Below, piece after piece: positions 57,417 to 64,000 of a stretch of DNA of 64,000 nucleotides. Below the pieces are notes generated by a model. That model saw only the letters and a program-made list of their open reading frames with translations, ran no database searches and was not told the DNA's origin. The translations under genes and the position numbers were made by a program. Every line of letters starts with the position of its first letter. Within the stretch, counting starts at the first letter, position 1. Origin of the DNA: Clostridiales bacterium. Its GTDB lineage: Bacteria > Bacillota > Clostridia > Christensenellales > UBA1242. The stretch covers positions 160,785 through 224,784 of the forward strand of contig DOEE01000003.1 in the NCBI GenBank assembly GCA_003524095.1. Direction: 5' to 3'.

Positions 57417-58619
57417 ATGAAAGTTTTAGTTATAAATGCGGGCAGTAGTTCGCTTAAGTTCCAACTTATTGATATGCAAACAAAGGAAGTTGTTGCCAAA
57501 GGCAATGTAGAAAAAATTAACGAAGGCGGTTCATTTTTAAAGTACAAGGCCAAAGGTCAAGAGTATAAGTTTGAAAAAGAAATTGTCAACCATAGCGAAG
57601 GTATGGAATTTTTGCTTGAAAAATTGACCGATGAAAAAATTGGTGTTGTAAAAAGTCTTGATGAAATCGAGGCATTTGGTCATAGAGTTGTAAATGTTGG
57701 TGAAGACTATTTTGATAGCACACTAGTAACACCAGAAATTTTGGAAGATTTTAGACTCAAAGTGGATTTTTCACCACTTCATGTTCCCGGTGCAATTTGT
57801 GGAATGGAAGCGGCCATGAAAATTTGTCCAGACAAGCCAAATGTTGCTGTTTTTGATATCGGTTTTCACAAATCTATTCCTGAACATATTTTCAAATATG
57901 CAATTCCACAAAAATACTATGATGTTTACAAAATTAGACGTTATGGTGCACATGGAACAAGTCACTACTACGTTACTCAAAGATGTGCTGACTTGCTTGG
58001 CAAAAAACCAGAAGATATTAATATTGTTTCGTGTCACCTAGGCTCGGGTGCTAGTATTACTGCAGTTAAGAATGGCAAGAGTTTTGATACTTCAATGGGA
58101 TTTACTCCGCTTGAAGGAATTATGATGAACACAAGGTCGGGAGATATTGACCCGGCGGTTATTGAATATATTTGCAACAAGGAAGGCAAAACTGTAAGCG
58201 AAGTTGTAAGAATGCTTAACAAACAAAGCGGACTTCTTGGTGTAATTGGAACTGGCATGGCTGACATGAGAGATATTACTGAAAATTTGTCTGACCCTAA
58301 TGTAAAAATGGCTTTTGATATGTATTGTCATCGTATCAAAAAGTATATTTCGGCATACATGGGTGTTCTTGGCGGGGCCGATGCTATTGTGTTTACAGCA
58401 GGTTGTGGAGAACATACACCAGAACTTAGAGAAGCAGTTACCGAAGGGCTTGAATTTATGGGTGTTGAACTCGACCATGACCTTAATAACTCCGCTCCAC
58501 GTGGAAAAGAGGTGTTAATTTCAAAACCATCGTCAAAGGTTAAGATTTTTGTAATTCCTACCGACGAAGAAATGGTTATTGCCGAAGAAACCGTCAAAAC
58601 TATTAATAATTTGAAATAA
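57417..58619 (+). CDS. ackA: acetate kinase
   Basis: MKVLVINAGSSSLKFQL, HRVVN.G, HLGSGASI, TAGCGEH motifs. Confidence 0.93.
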   Translation: MKVLVINAGSSSLKFQLIDMQTKEVVAKGNVEKINEGGSFLKYKAKGQEYKFEKEIVNHSEGMEFLLEKLTDEKIGVVKSLDEIEAFGHRVVNVGEDYFDSTLVTPEILEDFRLKVDFSPLHVPGAICGMEAAMKICPDKPNVAVFDIGFHKSIPEHIFKYAIPQKYYDVYKIRRYGAHGTSHYYVTQRCADLLGKKPEDINIVSCHLGSGASITAVKNGKSFDTSMGFTPLEGIMMNTRSGDIDPAVIEYICNKEGKTVSEVVRMLNKQSGLLGVIGTGMADMRDITENLSDPNVKMAFDMYCHRIKKYISAYMGVLGGADAIVFTAGCGEHTPELREAVTEGLEFMGVELDHDLNNSAPRGKEVLISKPSSKVKIFVIPTDEEMVIAEETVKTINNLK

Positions 58620-58694
58620 TTTTATAAATAGTGGTTGACAAATGCCAAAAATTAGTATAAAATTGCATTAGTCGAAAAAATTAGGAGGTGCAGT

Positions 58695-58895
58695 ATGGCA
58701 ATAGTACCAAAGGGTAAAGTTTCAAAAGCAAGGCGTAATTCCAGAAAAGCAAATTGGAAAATTTCAACACCTTCTATGGTTGAATGTCCACATTGTCATG
58801 AATTAAAGGCAAACCACAGAGTATGCAAGAAATGTGGTTACTATGACGGCGAACAAAAAGTAGTTGTAGAAAAAGAAAAGAAAGAAACAAAATAA
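58695..58895 (+). CDS. rpmF: 50S ribosomal protein L32
   Basis: AGGAGG RBS. MAIVPKGKVSKARRNSRKANWK...CPHCHE...CKKCGYY. Confidence 0.9.
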   Translation: MAIVPKGKVSKARRNSRKANWKISTPSMVECPHCHELKANHRVCKKCGYYDGEQKVVVEKEKKETK

Positions 58896-58915
58896 TTGCT
58901 ATTTTGAAATATAGT

Positions 58916-58948
58916 AAAAATCCACGGGTTTTACCCGTGGATTTTTTT
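58916..58948. terminator. rpmF terminator (bidirectional shape)
   Basis: aaaaa-tccacgggt-ttt-acccgtgga-ttttttt. Confidence 0.85.
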
Positions 58949-59059
58949 ACTATCTTTGTTTTGAAGAGTCTAATTTGTATTCGTTATAAATTTCGTTTGT
59001 AAATTGATTCATATAAGAATAATTTTTGATTAAATCTTGTGTAAGAGTAAATTGGGCTT

Positions 59060-59335
59060 AGGTGGACTAGGAGTATGGTTTTATCCTAGATTTTTAACTA
59101 GTGAATCATTGTTGGGAACTACAAGACCCATAACTATTTGGTTGGCGAAATCAAAACGGTTAGAGTACAAATAAGTAGAAATTCGATATATGTAATAACT
59201 TTTAGGGGTGGCGGGACAAGAGCACACAATGGAAAGATATTTGACGGACTAGTTGAGATAGATTTTTGGTCATCGCCACCAGTTAAAATCCGTTGGAAAA
59301 CAAAAAATTCAAACTCAGTCGCCACACGTCCACCT
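59060..59335. ncRNA. candidate large (~280 nt) structured RNA or degenerate element between rpmF and plsX (strand unresolved)
   Basis: Four nested GC-rich long-range helices: 59060-67/59328-35, 59143-48/59319-24, 59155-59/59290-94, 59207-13/59274-80. Also a local hairpin at 59067-59088. Confidence 0.25.
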
Positions 59336-59525
59336 TGCAATATTCGAAAAGCAATATTTGGGATATTTTAATAATTTTTGTAAAAATGTTTTGTACTTAT
59401 TTTATTGATATTTTCCTTGTAATAATATATAATAAGAGTACATTTAAATAAGTTACTAATAATTTCGTTGATATTTTTTTTCAAACGGACTTGTTAATAA
59501 CTTTTTTTGAAACATTGGAGAAATT

Positions 59526-60545
59526 ATGATAAAAATAGTTGTTGATGCTTTTGGTGGGGATAATGCCCCAGTTGAGATTGTTAAGGGTGCAGTTGGTGCT
59601 TGCAATAAGTTAAACGATGTTCATGTGGTTTTGTCGGGTGACGAAGACAAAATTAACGAAATTTTGAAACAAGAAAAATATAATGAAAATCAAATATCCA
59701 TTCTTGATGCAAAAGATGTTATTTCTAATAACGAAAGTCCCACCGAAGCCATTAGATTCAAAAAAGAAAGTTCACTAGTTAAGTCTTTGGATTTGTGCAA
59801 AAATGATAATGAAGTTGTAGGCATTATTAGTGCTGGTTCAACGGGTGCTGTTCTTACTGGCGGATTTATGAAAATCGGCAGAATTAAGGGGATTTATAGA
59901 CCTGCATTGTGTCCTATTTTGCCTACGGTTAATGGGGATATTGTTAGTATTTGTGACTGTGGGGCAAATATGGATTGCGAACCAAAATATTTGGAACAAT
60001 TCGCGGTTATGGGCAGTGCATATCTTACTATTTTTGGAAAGAAAAAACCAAGAGTTGCGCTACTTAATGTAGGCACAGAAGACCATAAGGGCGATACCAA
60101 AACCAAAGAAACATTTGCTTTGCTTAAGGAAAACAAACATGTAAATTTTGTTGGAAACATGGAGGCAAGAGACTTGCTTTCTGGTGACTACGATTTGGTA
60201 GTTACTGATGGCTTTGCGGGAAATGTTTTGTTAAAGAGTACCGAAGGTGCTATAAAAAGTCTACTCAAAGTTATGAAAGCCGAAATCAAGTCCAGTTTTA
60301 TGTCAAAAATTGGCGCTGTGTTTATGGGGAAAACGTTTAAGCATATCAAGAAAAAATTTGATTATTCGGTGTATGGCGGTGCAGTGCTTCTTGGTTGCAA
60401 AAAACTTGTTGTCAAAGCACATGGAAGTAGCAAGTCTTCAAGCATAAGTGCGTGTATTGAACAGGTTTATAATATGTCAAAAGGCAAACTTATAGACAAA
60501 ATCACAAAGAACCTAGAAATTTTGGGGATTTCTGAAAATGAATAG
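59526..60545 (+). CDS. plsX: phosphate acyltransferase PlsX
   Basis: MIKIVVDAFGGDNAP, SAGSTGA, DGFAGNV, GSAVLLG-like motifs. Confidence 0.92.
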   Translation: MIKIVVDAFGGDNAPVEIVKGAVGACNKLNDVHVVLSGDEDKINEILKQEKYNENQISILDAKDVISNNESPTEAIRFKKESSLVKSLDLCKNDNEVVGIISAGSTGAVLTGGFMKIGRIKGIYRPALCPILPTVNGDIVSICDCGANMDCEPKYLEQFAVMGSAYLTIFGKKKPRVALLNVGTEDHKGDTKTKETFALLKENKHVNFVGNMEARDLLSGDYDLVVTDGFAGNVLLKSTEGAIKSLLKVMKAEIKSSFMSKIGAVFMGKTFKHIKKKFDYSVYGGAVLLGCKKLVVKAHGSSKSSSISACIEQVYNMSKGKLIDKITKNLEILGISENE

Positions 60546-61194
60546 TTTGAATAACGAAATAAATTATAGTTTCAAAAATCCAAACCTACTCAAATCTGCT
60601 TTAACTCACAGTAGTTATTCAAATGAGTTTGGCGGGGAGAGTTACGAAAGGCTTGAGTTTTTGGGTGATGCGGTTTTGGAACTGGTTGTATCCGATTATA
60701 TCTACAAATTTAACGAATTAGATAGTGGAATATTGTCTAAATTAAGAGCAGGACTTGTATCTACATCTTATCTAAAGGGAATTTCCGAAAGTTTGAAATT
60801 AGATAAACTTGTCTTAAAGTCCAAATCTTTGAGTATGCTTAGTGACAAAACAAAAGCGGATTTGTTTGAAAGTCTAATAGGTGCAATTTATCTTGATGGC
60901 GGACTTGAAAATGCACAAAAAATTATACAAAAATTCGTTATAGTAAATGATTTAAACATTCAAAATGTTCTCAAAAATTGCATTGATTACAAGACAAAAC
61001 TTCAAGAATATTTGCAAAAAATTGGAAAACATTTTGAATACAGAGTTGTATCCGAAAGCGGACTTGACCACGAAAAAATCTTTGAAGTAGAACTTTGTGT
61101 TGATAGTATTGTTGTCTCCAATGCTAAAGGCAAGAGTATTCATATCGCGCAAGAAAATTGTGCAGAAATTTATTTAAAACGCATTGAAAAATAA
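60538..61194 (+). CDS. rnc: ribonuclease III
   Basis: 8-nt overlap with plsX. Signature ERLEFLGDAVL. C-terminal dsRBD. Confidence 0.9.
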   Translation: MNSLNNEINYSFKNPNLLKSALTHSSYSNEFGGESYERLEFLGDAVLELVVSDYIYKFNELDSGILSKLRAGLVSTSYLKGISESLKLDKLVLKSKSLSMLSDKTKADLFESLIGAIYLDGGLENAQKIIQKFVIVNDLNIQNVLKNCIDYKTKLQEYLQKIGKHFEYRVVSESGLDHEKIFEVELCVDSIVVSNAKGKSIHIAQENCAEIYLKRIEK

Positions 61195-61212
61195 ACAGAA
61201 CGATTATATTAG

Positions 61213-61242
61213 ACGTGAGTTAATGAATACTCACGTTTTTTG
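61213..61242 (+). terminator. rnc terminator
   Basis: acgtgagt-taatgaat-actcacgt followed by ttttt. Confidence 0.75.
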
Positions 61243-61442
61243 TTGACCATGCGTATAAAATTTGAGATTTTACTAAATTATTAAGCAAAAAAGTCCAATT
61301 TTGAATATAATTTTGCAAACAAAAAACACAAAGTTGCGTGTATTATTTGTGTTTCATTTATTTATTTGATATAATATCTTATATGTAAAAATATGCTTTT
61401 ATTTTGACAAAACACTATATGCTTAATTTGGGAGTTAAACAA

Positions 61443-64000
61443 ATGAACTTAAAGAGAATTGAAATGGTGGGATTTAAATCTTTTGCAGATTATCAAAAGA
61501 TTGACTTTGAAGATGGAATTACTGCCATTGTAGGTCCTAACGGATGCGGAAAAAGTAATGTTGCAGATGCTATTCGTTGGGTTTTGGGTGAACAAAGTAG
61601 CAAGACTTTGCGTGGAAGCACGATGCAAGATGTAATTTTCAAGGGGACTGAGAAGCGAAAAGGTCTTAGTTTTTGTGAAGTTACACTTGTTTTTGACAAC
61701 ACCAACAAAATTTTCAATTCAGACTATAATGAAATTTTAATTACACGTAAACTTTATCGTAGTGGCGAAAGTGAGTATTTGATTAACAAATCTCCATCAA
61801 GACTCAAAGATATAGTTAACTTGCTTCACGATAGTGGAATTGGCAAAAATGGTTATTCAATAATTGGACAAGGAATGGTTGGAAAAATTGTAAGTTCCAA
61901 ACCAGAAGATAGACGTGTAATTTTTGAAGAAGCAGCGGGAATTGCCAAGTTTAAATCCAAAAAAGTCGAAGCCGAAAGAAAACTTCTTAATACTCAAGAT
62001 AATTTAAATAGAATTAACGATTTAATAACAGAAATTGATAGACAACTAAAGCCCCTTAAAGAACAAGCCGAAACAGCCAAAGTTTATCACGAACTCAAAG
62101 ATAAACTCAAAGTTCTTGAAGTCAATCAGTATATATATCAATACGATACCGCTAGTGATACAAAAAATGCAATTTTAGAAAAAATCAACGGCATACTCGA
62201 AGAACTCGAATTTAAGACAAATGAAAAAGACAAAGCCGACAAAATGTATAACGAAGCGTTTGAGAAAGTTGGTACTATTGATTCGGATATTAGTACTCTC
62301 AAAGATAAAATTTTGGAACTTAATATCGCTATTACAAAACAAAGTGGGGAAATTAATCTTCAAAAGGAAAAATATAATCATCTCAAAGCCGAAGATGATA
62401 GATTATCTGGCGAAATAGATAGACTCAAAGCGAGTCGTGACTTAAATCAAAATGCTCTTATTGACGTGGAGAACTCTCTCAAAGACAAACAAGTGATTTT
62501 GTTTAATAAAAAAGCAGAGTGTAGCGAACTAAATTCCAAGTATGATATGGTCGCAAGTGAACTTAAAAGTGGTGAAGACGAAGCACAGGCGATTCAAAAA
62601 AAGATTATAGATAATCTTGAAATGCTAGGCGACGTCAAAGCCCAAATTTCGGCACTTGATGCTGAGAAAAAGAGTTATGAAAAATCTCTTAGCGAACTTG
62701 AAGATATGCAAAGAGACATAAACGAAAAATACTCTTTGTCAAAGGCTAAACAAGCAGAGAGTTCAAACTTACTATTGTCTCAAAAACAAAAAAGAAATCA
62801 ACTAGATGCTACCCTTTCTGAAAAAGTTAATTATCAAAATAACTTACAGGTTGACTTCAAACGTGAAGAAAACCTTATTCAAGAGCTTTCTAGCAATATA
62901 ATTACACTAGAACATCGAAAAAAGCTTTTGGAAGAATACGAAAGAGAATATGAAGGATTTAATGGAACTGTCAAAAGACTTCTTACTGATGCTGAAAAGA
63001 ATAGCGAAATTAAGTCAAAAATATTGGGTGTTGTAGCAAGTCTTATCAAAGTTCCACAAACCTATCAAACCGCTGTTGAAACCGCACTTGGAAGTGCAAT
63101 TCAAAACGTTGTAACATCAAGTGATGAGCATGCTAAATACTTGATTAATTATCTAAAACAAAGAGACTATGGTCGTGCAACATTCTTGCCAATAAATACA
63201 GTTAAACCTAGATATTTTGACAAGTCTAATAGATATTTGCTAGATATGGAAGGTTGTCTGGGACTGGCATCTGAACTTATTGAGTATGACAAAAAATTAG
63301 ATAATATTATTAGTTCCTTACTTGGTACAACAATAATTGCAAATAATATGACAAACGCATTGAATCTTGCCAAAAAGAGCAACTTTGCGTATAGAATTGC
63401 AACTTTGGATGGGGATATTATATCTCCACAAGGAAGTTTGACTGGCGGTAGCAAAAAAGCCCAAGTAACTAATCTTTTGGGAAGACAAACCGAGATTGAA
63501 AATTGTGGAAAATTAATTGAAAAATTAACCAAAGACAAGTCAGAAAAATTAAGTCATTATAATGAAATATCTAGCAAACTTAGCAAACTTAATGACGAAA
63601 TCAAAGAGTTGTCGTCAAGTATTCATTCACTTGATATCGAGATTGCCAGCGAAACTGAGAGAAATGATAAGTTTGGCACAATCTGTAGAGATTATGAAGA
63701 TGAACGAAACAAAATTAATTCCAATATCGGCAAAAACAAACAAATTTTGGAAAGTATCATTAATCAATTAAACAAGATTTCAGATGTTAAAGTTGATATT
63801 GAAAGTAGCGATAGTTTGGATACGAGTGTTAACCAGTTTAGTGACCTAAAAAATCAAAAGGACGATTATTCAAACAAAATAACATTACTCAAAATTGAAA
63901 TAGCAACACTTGAATCAGAAAATTTAAGTCTTGAACAAGAACGTGTAAGACTTACTGATATTTTGAAGTCACTCAATGAACAAATTGAAATCATGGATGC
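61443..64000 (+). CDS. smc: chromosome segregation protein SMC, N-terminal about 850 aa (3-prime end outside window; absent from the ORF track)
   Basis: I translated the frame from the ATG at 61443 to the window end with no stop. MNLKRIEMVGFKSFAD..., Walker A GPNGCGKSN, long coiled coil, hinge region GLASELI...ATLDGD. Confidence 0.9.
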   Translation, partial: MNLKRIEMVGFKSFADYQKIDFEDGITAIVGPNGCGKSNVADAIRWVLGEQSSKTLRGSTMQDVIFKGTEKRKGLSFCEVTLVFDNTNKIFNSDYNEILITRKLYRSGESEYLINKSPSRLKDIVNLLHDSGIGKNGYSIIGQGMVGKIVSSKPEDRRVIFEEAAGIAKFKSKKVEAERKLLNTQDNLNRINDLITEIDRQLKPLKEQAETAKVYHELKDKLKVLEVNQYIYQYDTASDTKNAILEKINGILEELEFKTNEKDKADKMYNEAFEKVGTIDSDISTLKDKILELNIAITKQSGEINLQKEKYNHLKAEDDRLSGEIDRLKASRDLNQNALIDVENSLKDKQVILFNKKAECSELNSKYDMVASELKSGEDEAQAIQKKIIDNLEMLGDVKAQISALDAEKKSYEKSLSELEDMQRDINEKYSLSKAKQAESSNLLLSQKQKRNQLDATLSEKVNYQNNLQVDFKREENLIQELSSNIITLEHRKKLLEEYEREYEGFNGTVKRLLTDAEKNSEIKSKILGVVASLIKVPQTYQTAVETALGSAIQNVVTSSDEHAKYLINYLKQRDYGRATFLPINTVKPRYFDKSNRYLLDMEGCLGLASELIEYDKKLDNIISSLLGTTIIANNMTNALNLAKKSNFAYRIATLDGDIISPQGSLTGGSKKAQVTNLLGRQTEIENCGKLIEKLTKDKSEKLSHYNEISSKLSKLNDEIKELSSSIHSLDIEIASETERNDKFGTICRDYEDERNKINSNIGKNKQILESIINQLNKISDVKVDIESSDSLDTSVNQFSDLKNQKDDYSNKITLLKIEIATLESENLSLEQERVRLTDILKSLNEQIEIMD

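Noticed and set aside
59060-59335. Cobalamin, SAM-I or FMN riboswitch upstream of plsX
   Set aside because: Isolated word similarities exist (agttaaaatccg versus GGTGAAAATCC, ggtggcgggac versus the SAM-I GAGGGAC). However, no B12 box, no SAM-I ggccc/kink-turn context and no FMN core is present, and plsX is not a known target of these classes.
59134-59371. Track ORFs 59134-59340 (minus) and 59138-59371 (plus) as protein genes
   Set aside because: They are mutually antisense over the same bases, have no SD and a non-ATG start, and their composition is odd (R/G/P-rich relative to the proteome). The region is better explained as structured RNA or repeat words.
1-64000. CRISPR arrays, IS elements, integrases and prophage modules
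   Set aside because: I scanned the intergenic regions and the ORF translations. There are no regularly spaced direct repeats, no transposase or recombinase motifs (no tyrosine or serine recombinase signatures), and no phage structural genes.

Overview
AT-rich (roughly one-third GC by eye) chromosomal segment from an endospore-forming, low-GC Firmicute (Clostridia-like). I support about 65 protein genes, 2 tRNAs, one degenerate tRNA copy and many Rho-independent terminators. Most of it is core housekeeping. Gene order resembles the Bacillus subtilis origin-proximal and ylb regions: spoIIE, veg, holB, ricT/yaaT, yabB-like MTase, rsmI ... rsmA-tatD-metG, spmAB, deoBD, spoIIR, sleB-ypeB, pyk, cysS, valS, ylbJ/patatin/tmcAL, pta-ackA, rpmF, plsX-rnc-smc. 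The ORF track omits smc (61443 to the window end) because it runs off the edge. No CRISPR array, integrase, transposase or prophage block was seen. The parts worth a second look are: (1) an accessory patch around tRNA-Ser(CGA) (about 20.3-26.0 kb). It holds a 2.3-kb two-gene cassette: a TM/coiled-coil/SHOCT-like protein plus a DUF4041-T5orf172 (GIY-YIG-like) protein. The cassette is bracketed by a 43/44-bp direct repeat made of the tRNA 3-prime end plus its terminator, with no recombinase. (2) The tRNA-Arg(ACG) locus (40.3-40.8 kb), packed with tRNA-Arg-derived pieces in both orientations: a 59-nt degenerate tRNA copy and two plus-strand tRNA 3-prime-half mimics with paired hairpins inserted in the T-loop. 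(3) Three candidate structured or small RNAs in otherwise AT-rich intergenic DNA (13.63-13.76 kb, 15.14-15.26 kb, 59.06-59.34 kb). (4) An isolated small gene with an RNxxxH (HEPN-like) motif. All functional calls come from reading motifs in the translations; no database search was possible.
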